This document shows positions 13,631 through 25,569 of a stretch of 64,000 nt of DNA, piece by piece; the first letter of the stretch is position 1; every line of letters begins with the position of its first letter. Both the position numbers and the translations under genes were made by a program. The notes under the pieces were generated by a model that worked only from the letters and a program-made list of their open reading frames with translations, was not told where the DNA came from and ran no database searches. The stretch covers positions 107,012,001 to 107,076,000 of the forward strand of contig OZ024744.1 in NCBI GenBank assembly GCA_964016885.1, given 5' to 3'. The DNA is from Eledone cirrhosa. Lineage: Eukaryota.

Positions 13631-13829
13631 AATAAATTTAATTTGTCGCACCACTGATTCTCCATTTCTTATGTGATATTATACTCTGCTCTGTAAGAGC
13701 ATCGAGTGCTCAAACGGCCTACCGCTTACGGATGCTTTAAGCATCCCACAACAATTTTATATATATATATATATATATCTGTGTGTTTGTTGGATACATA
13801 TTTAGTAAAAATCTTTTTCAGTCATAAAA

Positions 13830-14103
13830 AGACCATGGAATTTGTACTTTGAAAGTTCCCTCAGGTGTTTCTGTGGGTGACCAACAGTCACCAATGTATA
13901 CCAGTCTTCTCTCTCCACACTGTCAATGTTGTCAAAAATAAAGGCAATGGCCGATACAACTTCGCACCAGTGGCATTGCAACACATTTCTACAGCTGAAT
14001 AAATTGGAGAAATAAAATGTCATGCCCAAGGACACAATGCACCGCCCAGTCTGGGAATCAAACTCTCAAGCTCATGATTGTAAATCCAATGTTTACCACT
14101 AAA
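13830..14103 (-). mobile_element. Old tRNA-derived SINE (family A variant)
   Basis: Minus strand tagtggtaa..gagtttgattccc head, gtgtccttgggcatgacattttattt body, ggtgcgaagttgtatcggcc domain. Confidence 0.75.
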
Positions 14104-14182
14104 GGATGTGCAAATATATATAGATATATATATGTATACATATGCACATAAATTCTTCCCTCCATACTCCACATTTCAACTG

Positions 14183-14213
<31 letters not shown>

Positions 14214-14277
14214 TCTTAGCAAACACTATAATCGCTTTCAGTCCACCTTACCACCTGCCTCTAACCTATGTATCCAG

Positions 14278-14663
14278 TGTATCATGTATTAATTTCTCCC
14301 CCTGTCTTTTGAGATATTTTTCAATTGCTTCAAAGGGATTCAGTTCCCTTTCTTGACCGGTGTATCACGTGGTAATTTCTCTCTCCACCTTTTGAGATAT
14401 TTCTCACTTGCTTCAAAGAGATTCAGTTCCCTTTCTTGACCGGTGTATCACGTGATAATTTCTCCCTCCACCTTTTGAGATATTTCTCACTTGCTACAAA
14501 GGGATTCAGTTCCCTTTCTTGACCGGTGTATCACGTGGTAATTTCTCCCTCCACCTTTTGAGATATTTTTCACTTGCTACAAAGGGATTCAGTTCCCTTT
14601 CTTGACCGGTGTATCACGTGGTAATTTCTCCCCCCACCTTTTGAGATTTTCTCACTTGCTACA
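14278..14663. repeat. 83-bp tandem repeat, ~4.6 copies
   Basis: gaccgg ends at 14360, 14443, 14526 and 14609. Confidence 0.92.
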
Positions 14664-15007
14664 AACGTGTCTGGAAAGTGTTCTTTCCCTGAGGAGTTCC
14701 TTGAAAAGCTGGTGTGCCTCACAACAATATTGCACATCTATAATGTACAATTATTGCAAACTGACAGTCGGGACTTTGAAGAAAAAATAGGAATATATCT
14801 GTGTCTATTACTTCTTATTTTATAATTTGTCATATATATATATATGTGTGTGGGCGTCTGATGGTAGCTAAGATGCTTCCATAGGCGGTATGCCGGTTGA
14901 GCATTCTATGCTCTTACAGAGAAATTGTAACACACAATAAATTGAGTTCAGATGCATCACTGATTTTTTGTTTTCTATTCTACACACACATATATATATA
15001 TATATAT

Positions 15008-15342
15008 AGTTTTAATATAGATGAAATTCTACAGGACTAGAACTGTTTCATTCTTTAGAAATCATCAGGAATCTGGGTATCAAAAAATAAATATGGTATT
15101 TATAGGTCTCTTCAGGTGGTAGGAGAGGGTAGGGAGTGGGATGGGTGTAGGTGATTGGTTGATAAAAAAGCGAATTCATTAAAAGCTAATTCTTCAAAGC
15201 TATATACCCAGATTCCTGATGATTTCTAAAGAATGAAACAGTTCTAGTCCTGTAGAATCTCATCTATATTAAAACTTTTATACTCTGCAATGTATTGAGT
15301 ACCTTACTTACTGTGGTTACCTCCGATTCAACCCGGAATAAC

Positions 15343-15343
<1 letters not shown>
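15008..15343 (+). mobile_element. Fold-back PLE-like element with hammerheads in both arms and 3' tail, in (TA)n
   Basis: 73-bp inverted arms 15008-15080 / 15204-15276, spacer, tail with ACTC..GAGT hairpin, flanked by (TA)n. Confidence 0.8.
15210..15260 (+). ncRNA. Type I hammerhead ribozyme (inverted copy at 15024-15074, minus)
   Basis: AGATTC-CTGATGA-TTTCTAAAGAAT-GAAACAG-TTCTAGTC-CTGTA-GAATCT: 6-bp stem I, short stem II, 4-bp stem III, GUA site. Confidence 0.8.
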
Positions 15344-15393
<50 letters not shown>

Positions 15394-15396
15394 TAT

Positions 15397-15600
15397 GTTC
15401 AAAATGTTAAGATAGCTAAGGATAGGAAATTATTATTTATTTATACTTCTACAAATGCAATATTCTAGCCGCGGTGAAACATTTGTAGAGATGTATAAAC
15501 AAATAATTTTCTGTACTTGGCTTTCTTAAAATTTGAATTTTAAATGTTCTGCTACCTGAACTACCCTTAATCATCCAATTTCTTTTTTCATTTCTGAAGA
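15397..15600 (+). mobile_element. Older fold-back PLE-like element
   Basis: Imperfect ~60-bp arms (ttcaaaatgttaagatagctaag..ctacaaatg / catttgtagag..cttggctttcttaaaatttgaa) around GAAAC-ATTT-GTA. Confidence 0.6.
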
Positions 15601-15695
15601 ACAGAGAACAGTAAAGTGTATCAAGCTTATCTCATCTTACCAGTGAAAATAGTGAAGTACTACACTATAACCTCAGTGGGCATGTGTTGCCAGAT

Positions 15696-16010
15696 GGAGA
15701 CACATGGCTTAGTGGTTAGAGCATTGGCCTTGCAATCGAAAGGTTGCGAGTTCAATTCTCAGACAGGGTGATGTGCAAGACACTTTATTTCACATTGCTC
15801 CAGTTTACTCAGCTGTAGAAATGAGATGATAGGGACTGGGGTCCATATCATTCCACTGCAAAGTGGTCGTGGAGGTGCCACGGCAAAAAAGCACCCAGCA
15901 CTCACTGTAAATGAGGTTGGTGTTAGGAAGGGCATCCAGCTGTAGAAATCAAGCCAGAATCAGTCCCGTCCCACCCTTGCAAGCAGGGAAAAGCGGACGT
16001 AAAAATGATG
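15696..16010 (+). mobile_element. Full-length tRNA-derived SINE (family A) with RTE-derived tail
   Basis: A box tggcttagtggttag, B box gagttcaattc; ends cccttgcaagcagggaaaagcggacgtaaaaatgatg, matching the RTE 3' ends at 12300 and 16990. Confidence 0.88.
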
Positions 16011-16780
16011 TAAGTTGTAAGTAAGAGACCAGATGGAGAGAAGCATCTGCTAGACTCCTTATAGGCAAAGAGTGATGCTATAAATTATGTAATTGTAGTA
16101 AGTAGAGTGAATGATAGAATCATTAAACTCAGGATTGTCTTAGATAGAACCATAACTATTATATCTGCATATGCACCACAACTGACACTGTCAGATGAAC
16201 TAAAATACAACTTTTACAAATCCTTAAAGAAGACTGCCTCCCTAACAAGTGCTGATGAATTTAATGATTACAGCAAGTGACTTTAATGGTCTTGTCAGGA
16301 ACACTGATGGCTTCTATGAGGTACCGGAGTCTTTGACTATGGCACAAGAAAGAAGAATCAAGGCAATGCCAATGATCTAACTATCTGTAATACAAATTAC
16401 AGAAAACCATTCAAGCACACAATTAGTTATAGATTATTTGAGCCTACCAGCCAAATAGATATTATCCTCACCAGAAGATGAGATAGTGTTGGTTGTTAAC
16501 ACAAAGTCCCTCCCTTGTGAGAGATGCACCTCCCAACATAACCAAGTAGTTAGCAACTTTAAAGTTGACTCAGATGACTCAGAGACAGAGAGCAGCCTGG
16601 GGGAAAATGATATGGGAGTTGAAGGAGCTCTCAGCCTGTCACAAATTTAGAGATATTTTTCTTGATCCTTACAACAGTAAAGAAGAACAAATACAGACAT
16701 ACAATATAGAGAAGCAGTGGGAGTTCCTGAAACATAATCTGCTAGCGGTTTCGGCTTGTATGTCACAAGCCTTCTGAAGA
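16010..16780 (+). mobile_element. Decayed RTE apurinic endonuclease region
   Basis: Remnants RVNDRIIKL, IISAYAPQ, SDFNG, ICNTNYRK, QIDIIL. Confidence 0.7.
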
Positions 16781-16979
16781 GTATAGCTAAATCCGATAGA
16801 CATCATGATGGGGTGTATTCCTCCTTCTATACCCACTCTGATACTTCCCATGCAGAGAGTACTACCCTGATTTGTGGTCTTCCCAATCATGGCACCGCAG
16901 ATTTTATATATAATGATAGGGAAAATTGACATTAAATGACAATGAAGATGATGATAATTTTATATATATTTATATATAT

Positions 16980-18500
16980 CATCATCATTTTACGTCCGCT
17001 TTTCCCTGCTTGCAAGGGTTGGACGGGTCCTATTCAACACAGCAGCTCTCCACTTGTCACGGTCCTTTGTCATCTCCTCTGTGAGTTTCAGCGATCTGAG
17101 GTCTGCTCTCACCACCTCCGCTCATGTTTTTCGTGGTCTACCTCTACTGCGTCTTCCCTCCACTGCGACTTCCTGGCACTTCTTCACCCAGCGGTCATCC
17201 TCCATGCACATCACATGTCCATACCATCTCAGCCTTCTCTCCTGCACACCACAACTTATCCCTCTTATACCCAGTTTCTTTCTCAACTCGTCTATGCTTG
17301 GTCGTTCACGCACATTGACATTGCACATCCAATGGAGCATACTTACTTCATTTCTCTTCTGCAGTTGCTGCCCATGTCTCATTACCATGCAGCATCGTGC
17401 ACCTCACACAGGCATCATATAACCGTCCTTTTGTACGCAGGGAGAAACCCTTCTTTGTCAACAGAGGAAGCAGCTCCCTAAACTTCTTCCAACCTGTCCT
17501 TATTCTAGATACTATGGCCTCGGAACAGCCCCCTCCCATGCTAATCTGATCACTTAGGTACCGGAAGCTATCAACCTCTTCTATAGACCCCACCTGCATT
17601 GGAAAATTGAGTCTATCACTGCGATTAATACTGCCAACTTTCCCTGTACATCTACTGCATACATAGTTTTCCCTACCTGTTAGTTTGCCTGCTATCCCAC
17701 ATCATCTCTTGTGTACCCAAGATCTGCATTGCGTACATTTTATGGAATTTATGCCAGTTCCTTTCCTACAGATGGAATCAGAGTATTGTCCTCTCTTCTT
17801 CTTATCAACACTTTTGTCTTAGCTAGGTTCACTCTCAGTCCTCTTAATTCCAACTGCTGTTTCCATAGCCAGAATTTATTCTCTAGGTCCTCTACTGATT
17901 CTGCTATAAGAACCAGATCATCAGCATAGAGAAGTTCGCATGGGCATCCAGTCTTAAACTCCTCTGTTATGACTTGGAGGACTATAATGAACAAGAGCGG
18001 GCTGAGGACAGAACCTTGATGTACACCTACTTGTATCTGGAATTCCTCACTAAACTCCATTCCTATCAAGGCCTTTTCTAGGTCAACAAAAGCTTAGTAT
18101 AGTGGTTTATTTTTCTCTAACAACCTCTCTTGTAGTTGCCTCACTATGAAGAGGGCATCTGTTGAACTTTTCCGAGGCACAAAACCATACTGCATCTCAT
18201 CTAACTTGACCCTTTCTCTAATCAGTTGTGCTAATATTCTCTCTGCCACTTTCATAACCTGATCCATCAGCTTTAAGCCCCTATAATTGCTCCTCTCTAG
18301 AGCATCCCCTTTACCTTTGTAGCCATTTATGAGAATACTGCTACACCAGTCTTTGGGTATGACACCGCCATATATAGCTTGATTAATGATGCGTGCAACT
18401 AGTTTAGTGCCTACTTCTCCTGAAGCCTTCAGCATCTCAGCAACTATCCCCGACGGCCCAGCAGCCTTACCATTCTTCATTTCCAGAATTGATTCTCTAA
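16980..18500 (-). mobile_element. RTE LINE, RT domain to 3' end
   Basis: MKNGKAAGPSG, NYRGLKL, QYGF, GVHQGSVLSPLLF, LLYADDL, ERRLRWYGHV; (ATC)n tail at ~16978. Confidence 0.93.
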
Positions 18501-19905
18501 TGAAGGAGTTGAATTTTGTGATGCAAGTACACTGAGCATTTGCAACACAAACTTCCAGAAGCCTACCAACAACCTAATAACCTACAAATCAGGCGAGCAC
18601 CTAAGCCAGATTGACTTCCTGCTAGTTAGACAGCGAGACAGACAGATGGTGTCAAATACTAAGGCTTACCCTGGGGAAGAATGTACCCCACAGCATAGGT
18701 TAGTCGTTAGTGACATCTCAGTAAGTAAGAGAAAGAATGAGACATACAAGGAAGGTGTGGAAAAGAAAGGTTTGGAAGCTAAAAGACCTTTCATTAAAAT
18801 ATAAATTTAGGAAAGTCCTTCAAATGTGTATGACGAAAAAGAAGACGATTTAGAGTTGTACGACACAGATAATAACTGGAGGTGGGTGTTCTGAAAGTAC
18901 AGTAACCAAGATGAGAACAGGATGGAAGAAGTTTAGGGAGCTAAAGGCTTTTCCCTCAAAATGAAAGGCAGACTGTATGATGTGTGCATACGAACAAAAA
19001 TGTTACATGGTAGTGAGACCTGGGCACTGTGTGTAGAAGACTTGCATAGATTAGAAAGATACAAAGCTTACATGCTCCGATGGATGTGTAATAGTAATAT
19101 ACGTAAACGCCAAAGTATAAACGAATTAAGAGAGAGACTGAACATAAGAGGAATCAAATGTTGTGTGCAGGAGAGACGGTTGCGCTGGTATGGACATGTG
19201 ATGCGTATGAAGGATGACAGCTGTATAAAAAGGTGTAGAGCACTAGAAGTCGATGAAAGCCGCGGAATGGGGAGACCCAAGAAGACCTGGGATGAGATGA
19301 TAAAAGCGGACCTTACCTAATTACACCTCTCAAAGGTGATGACACATGACCGTGATCTCTGACGTTACACAGTAATACAGAAGACCCGACTTCCCACAGG
19401 AACAAGCCGAAGCTGAAGCATATAGACAATATGCCCCCACCCCCTCCCACTGCAAAGTGGTCGTGGAGGTGCCATGACAAAAAACACCCAGTCCACACTG
19501 TCAAGTGGCCATGTAGGCACCACGGAAAAAAAGCACCCAGACGACACTGTAAAGTGAATGTGTAGGTGCCATGGTAAAAAGTACCCAGCACTCACTGTAA
19601 AATGGACATGGAGGTGCCACGACAAAAAAGCACCCAGCACACACTGTAAAGTGGACGTGGAGGTGCCACGGCAAAAAAGCACCCAGCACACACTGTAAAG
19701 TGGACGTGGAGGTGCCACGGCAAAAAAGCACCCAGCACTCACTGTAAATGAGGTTGGTGTTAGGAAGGGCATCCAGCTGTAGAAATCAAGCCAGAATCAG
19801 TTCCCGTATGAGCAAGACAAGGTCAGCCGACCTAACATTGCCCACAACAGGACAACCCCTCTAACTCATGCTAGCGTGGAAGAATAGACATAAAAACAGT
19901 GATAA
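18500..19905 (+). mobile_element. RTE pieces: endonuclease C-terminus, then ORF 3' end with long 3' UTR containing ~52-bp tandem repeats
   Basis: SQIDFLL..PQHRLVV at ~18600-18715; ORF 18961-19320; about six cactgtaaagtggacgtggaggtgccacggcaaaaaagcacccag units at 19450-19750. Confidence 0.85.
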
Positions 19906-19944
19906 TGATATATATATACATACACACACATATATATATACCTC

Positions 19945-21070
19945 AATCTATTATCTGGTGGTCTTTAAGGAAATTAAGTGTAGAAGAATGGTTCTTGAGA
20001 GCAGCAGAACCCATGTACAGAGGAGCTGTCAGCAAAGTGAGAGTAGGAAGTGAGTTTAGTGAGGAATTCAAGGTACAGGTAGGAGTTCATCAAGGTTCAG
20101 TTCTTAGCCCACTACTGTTTATTATAGTTCTCCAGACTATAACAGAGGAGTTTATGACTACCTACCTATAGGAACTTCTCTATGCAGATTATTTGGTCCT
20201 AATAGCCAAATCCATAAAAGAACTAGAAAATAAGTTCTGACTATGGAAACAGAATTTAGAATCAAAAGGTCTGAGAGTAAACCTAGTCAAAACTTCAGTG
20301 CTAGAGAATAGGAGAGAAGATAGGACCCTGGTCCCTTCAGAGAAGTGGCCTTGCTCAATATGTAAAAAGGGAGTAGGCATGAACTCCATATGATGAACAC
20401 AATGTAAATCTTGGGTACTCAAGAGATGTAGTGGTATAACGGGTAGACTGACACGAAAGGAAAACTTTGAAGATGCACAAGAAAAATCAAGGGGAAGAGT
20501 GATATAAAACTCTTCAAGTCACAGGAAGGGTCTATAGAAGTGGTTGATAGCTTTCTGCTATAGAGGTAACTTAATTAGCAATGGAAGAGGGTGTGACAAG
20601 AGTATAATAGCTAGAATAAGGATAGAATGGAAGAAGTTTAAAGAACTACTCCCACTGTTAACAACAAAAAGTTTCTCCCTACATACAAAAGGACAGCTAT
20701 ATGATGCCTGTATGTGAAGTGTGATGCTGCATGGTAAGTGAACATGGGCTATGACTGCAGAGGTCATGTGTAGACTAAAGAGAAATTAAACAACCATGCT
20801 TCGTTGGATGTGCAATGTAAATGTGAGAGAATGGCAGAGCTTGGACAAGCTGAGGGAGAAACTGGGTTTAAGAGGAATCTGATGAGGTTTGTAGGAGAGA
20901 AGACTGTGTTGGTGTGGACATGTGATGAGTATGGATGATGTTCACTGGGTGAAGTACTGCTGAGACTCACAGAGGAGATGACAAAGAAACTAGGCGAGTG
21001 AAGAGATGCTGTGCTGAAAAAGACCTGCCCAACCCATGCAAGTGTATAAAAATGATGATGATGATGATGA
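19945..21070 (+). mobile_element. Decayed RTE LINE RT and 3' end
   Basis: IIWWSLRKL..GVHQGSVLSPLLF; ends in (GAT)n at ~21052-21070. Confidence 0.85.
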
Positions 21071-21089
21071 TATATATACATCATCATCA

Positions 21090-21450
21090 TCATCACCGGT
21101 TTACGTCCATTCTTCCACGCGATCATGGCTTAGACGGGTTGTCCTGTTATGGGCAGTGCCCGGTCGGCTGACCATGTCTTGCTCATACGGGAACTGATTC
21201 TGGCTTGATTTCTACAGCTGGATGCCCTTCCTAACACCAACCTCATTTACAGTGAGTTCTGGGTGCTTTTTTTGCCGTGGTGCCTACACAACCACTTTAC
21301 AGTGTGGACTGGGTGCTTTTTTTTGCTGTGGCACCTCCACGACCACTTTGCAGTGGGAGGGTGTGGGGGCATATTGTCTATATGCTTCAGCTTCGGCTTG
21401 TACCCGTGGGAAGTTATGTCTACTGCGCGACACCGGTGGTCACGGTGAGA
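21090..21450 (-). mobile_element. RTE 3' UTR-type fragment (same family as 19390-19905)
   Basis: Reverse complement of the 19390-19900 sequence, with fewer internal repeats. Confidence 0.8.
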
Positions 21451-21570
21451 GAGAGAAATCATGATCATCTTCTCCTACTACCCACTCTACTACCCTAAGT
21501 ATTGAGTACTCTGGTGCGTTATGGACCACCTGGTTCCTTACCACACTTTCTTTGTTATATATATATATAT

Positions 21571-21750
21571 AAAAGTCGTAACACAACAGTTAGTTCACCA
21601 TACTGAGAACACTATGTGTGGTTATGGTGTGATGATCTGCATCAGGTGAAACAATTGTTCTCGGTATGGTGAACTAACTGTTGTGTTACTATTTCTACCT
21701 AACTCGTCCCATGGACTGAGTGCTCTACCACTACGGATATTACCTTCCAT
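21571..21750 (+). mobile_element. Fold-back PLE-like element in (TA)n
   Basis: 34-bp arms 21578-21611 / 21656-21689; centre TGATGA-tctg-cat-cagg-t-GAAAC-AATT-GTT; tail ACTC-GTCC-cat-GGAC-t-GAGT-GCT and ctacggatatt. Confidence 0.72.
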
Positions 21751-21769
21751 ATATATATATATCATCATC

Positions 21770-22042
21770 ATTATCATCATTTTACGTCCACCTTTTTTTT
21801 CCCTGCTTGCAAGGGTGGGACGGGAACTGATTTTGGCTTGATTTCTACAGCTGGATGCCCTTCCTAACACCAACCTCATTTACAGTGAGTGCTGGGTGCT
21901 TTTTTGCTGTGGCACCTCCACGACCACTTTGCAGTGGAATGATAGGGACCCCACTCTCTATCATCTCATTTCTACAGCTGAGTAAACTGGAGCAATGTGA
22001 AATTAAGTGTCTTGCTCTGTTGTTTCCTTGAGCAAGACACTT
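21770..22042 (-). mobile_element. 5'-truncated family A SINE
   Basis: Reverse complement of 15785-16010. Confidence 0.82.
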
Positions 22043-22814
22043 TATATATATAGGCCAGTTTTCTGTAGAGGAATGGCAAAAAACTACAGTTAAATGAGGT
22101 ACATTAATCATTGAGAAGGTAAATAGTTTATTTCCTGTTGAAATCGTCAAGATGATTTCAAATGAATGAGACAGTTCGAGTCCTGTAGAAGTCATTTCTA
22201 TGAGTATATATATATATTGGATTGTACATATAGTGGAAGACCCCCCCCCCCCACTAACCAACATGCCCATCATCACCCACCCTATACACATACATGCATG
22301 CAGGCACTGCTTCTAGATTCTATATCGTCTGAACTACTGCCATCTCCTCAGTAGACTGTGGTTAACCCAACTTTGCCACCTAACTCCATTTTTATTTTAT
22401 TTTCATTATTTCCCTATTTTATCACTTTCATCTTACTCCCATCATTAATCCCATATTTCCACCATTTTCATTATTTTATAACTCCTAATTCCTTATTTCT
22501 CACTTCTTCCAAACCTTTTAGCTCTGTACTCCAACCACCCCAGGAATATACACTATATTTTATATTGTATTATATATATAGATAATATAATACATTTTCA
22601 TATTTTCCTTCTCTCTACCATCACCAGTCCAGCATGTTTTCACTATAATTTCACTCATTTCAAACTTATCATCACCTTCATCACATATACCATACACCCT
22701 GACTTCTCAAGTAATCCTGTTATCCCCTAAATATTTTATCCATCTCCACCAATTGACATCACTCACCTAAGTTATTTTCTAGGTTTGGAATTTCTTCTCT
22801 AATTCAACAATGAG

Positions 22815-23200
22815 GGTTAGATCATCTGCATACAGAAGTTCCCATGGGCAGCCAGGCTTAAATTGCTCTGTTATGGTTTGCAGGATGATTATAAACATGG
22901 TGAAGCCCCAACTTGCACACTTAATTCCTCGTTATAACCATTGTTAATTCTTGCTGACTGTTCCTCTATACATGGCTTGTACCGCCCTCACAAACCACTT
23001 ATCTACTCCTAAGAACCCACTAGCTTCCTGGAAGTGCTCACTACTTCCTCCATCATTCTGCCATTCTTTCTACATCTCTTTACCTTAATTATCTCATCCA
23101 CCATACTATTCCACTCCCAAATCACTTGCCTTCTCTCTAGAGACCTTCACCAGCCACAGATTTCATTTGTCACCTTCAGATTATCTCTCAGGAACTCCCA
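22815..23200 (-). mobile_element. Heavily decayed RTE fragments
   Basis: Reverse complement contains GCPWELLYADDL coding sequence (22820-22852) plus linker remnants. Confidence 0.65.
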
Positions 23201-23212
23201 CTGCCCCCCCCC

Positions 23213-23299
<87 letters not shown>

Positions 23300-24027
23300 T
23301 ATTGGTGCTCTGAAATAGCGATGTATACATGAATGTATGTATTTGGCAATATACTGTATGTTTAATTTAAAACATTTTGAAGACCATTTGCAATGAGTTT
23401 TAAAGCACCAATACTAATTTTTGCTGAACCGGCAACCACGCTGTTTAAGCAGCTCTTAAATATTACTGGAATTCTATAAGAATCCAGCTTCTATAACCCT
23501 TGGCAGAAACAAAGGAGTGAGTGGTCTTGATAAACACTAATGAGAGAGAAACAGGACTGTCAATCACTCTCTTTTACTTTTGCTGAGAATAAGTAAGTGA
23601 TAGTCACTACTTTAAAACTCATAGCGAATGGTCTTCAAAATATTTTTAATTGAACATACAGTATATTGCCAAATATACTATAGATATATTTATATATATT
23701 AGAAATATAAGCTATCGCCGTATTTTTTACTAAAGAAATTAAAGAAATTATTTAGCTTGATAGTGGGGTGAAGAACCCTCGGAGAAATGAAAAAAATGAG
23801 TATTGACGTACATATACATCAATGCTCATCTTTAATTTCTTTAGTCAAAAATACAGCGATAGCTTATATTTCTAATTTCAAACTTGCTCGCTGTTTCGAA
23901 AAATATTCTTATTTATATATATATATATATAAATGAAGTAATTCCGTCGGAAAAGTCCAGGAAAAAAGAGTGCTCTATGTAGGTAACAGAGCTTAATAGT
24001 TATGTAATAAACAACATAAGGCAATTA

Positions 24028-24088
24028 TTTCATTTACCAGTGGTTTCTTAAAAGCAAAAAAATTTTGCTTTCAATCATCAGAATGAAA
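24028..24088 (-). ncRNA. Minimal type I hammerhead ribozyme, inverted copy of 24153-24213, sense to the NEURL4 pre-mRNA
   Basis: Reverse complement of the plus-strand motif within the 23996-24245 palindrome. Confidence 0.85.
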
Positions 24089-24152
24089 AAATCCTGGCGT
24101 ATTTATTGACGTTGGATTTTAAAAACCAACGTCAATAAATACGCCAGGATTT

Positions 24153-24213
24153 TTTCATTCTGATGATTGAAAGCAAAATTTTTTTGCTTTTAAGAAACCA
24201 CTGGTAAATGAAA
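24153..24213 (+). ncRNA. Minimal type I hammerhead ribozyme
   Basis: TTTCATT-CTGATGA-TTGAAAGCAAAA-ttt-TTTTGCTTTTAA-GAAAC-CACTG-GTA-AATGAAA: 7-bp stem I, 12-bp stem II, near-palindromic short stem III. Confidence 0.88.
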
Positions 24214-24238
24214 TAATTACCTTATGTTGTTTATTACA

Positions 24239-24293
<55 letters not shown>

Positions 24294-24446
24294 TAGATGT
24301 TCTTTTGATCAATTAAATTTTATTATACATATTTCTGAGGTACAACAGTACGTCTTCATCAGACAAAATATGATACATGACAATACCCTGAGATGTTAAA
24401 TGGTTAAGATTTAATCAAGGTAGTAAGGTAGGTGATGTATCATTAT

Positions 24447-24499
24447 ATTTTGTCTGATGAGGACGTACTGTTGTACCTCCGAAATATGTATAATAAAAT
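24447..24499 (+). ncRNA. Minimal type I hammerhead ribozyme (slightly mutated inverted copy at ~24317-24369)
   Basis: ATTTTGT-CTGATGA-GGACGTAC-tgtt-GTACCTCC-GAA-ATATGTAT-A-ATAAAAT; self-complementary stem III segment. Confidence 0.75.
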
Positions 24500-25104
24500 T
24501 TAATTGATCAAAAGAACATCTATTTTATTAATATTTGTATTTTAATATTAATAACTCTGGAAAATTATTTTTATGTAGAGTGCTTCCAATCTACTGTAAA
24601 ACTCATTCTCTGATATACTCATTGAATCTTGTTTAATATATATATATATATATATATATATGCAGCAATATCCATAGAAGTGACAAGAAAAAAGGAAAAC
24701 TGCTCAATCAGGAAGAGAGCAGAAATATTATAAACTTGTATTAGCGCCTATTTTGATGCCTCTTCTCTAGAGATATGGTTAAATTTGGACCTTGAAATCT
24801 TGGGTAGCACCTCTGTTCTGTGTATGAACATAAATAAATAATATAATATATCAACATCATCACCGTTTTACATCAAGGAAGGCAGTAACTTTTGCTAATA
24901 GACTCACACCATAAAAACATATCCAATCCATGCCAATATGGAGAGTGAATATAAAATGATGGTGATGATATATACCTGGTACATTACTCTAGGTAAATAT
25001 ACACATATTTTCTTGATTCAGTATAAGAGTTTCTTTGTCAAAAATTCCAAAATTCAAGTTTTTCTAGTGTTGAATACGGTAGCCAAATTTCTCAAATGGT
25101 TCTC

Positions 25105-25333
25105 TTAACCCTTTACCATTTACATTACTCTATATTTACTATTGTATTTTTGTGGTAAACGTTTTACTTCACATAATTATCTCACATAACATCAAATCTA
25201 TGAGATTTTGATATTATTTATTTTGAGAATAATACCTTAAAGATGGTATGAGCAGCCGGTTACAGACAGTTTGAACAGAAAGAGGAGAAAGAATTCTGAC
25301 AGGATACAGCCGGTTTAAATGCTAAAGGATTAA
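25105..25333. mobile_element. piggyBac-like MITE
   Basis: ttaa-ccctttaccattta ... taaatgctaaagga-ttaa termini; a second, inverted and interrupted copy lies at 39212-40209. Confidence 0.65.
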
Positions 25334-25569
25334 ATGGACTGCTCCCATTGGAATATCCATTCTACTTTTGTCAAAAACAATACTAAGACCATATTAAAAT
25401 ATTCCTGAACAATGTCAACAAAAGAACAAATTACTAAACCAGTAGATTACAGGTAAACCAGGTAAGATATCAAGACTAATTACTTTTTCACTGGTAGTGA
25501 GACATCTACGCCAGACCAAAAGGGGCGGTCCAGCTAGAATGGGCCTACAATTTGGCAGTGGTGCGTCTA

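Larger units (their letters stand above)
23296..24740. mobile_element. Stack of five PLE-like fold-back/tail elements separated by TA tracts
   Basis: 23296-23680, 23699-23913, 23931-24245, 24287-24636 and 24661-24740; the first four have inverted arms, the last is tail only. Confidence 0.75.
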
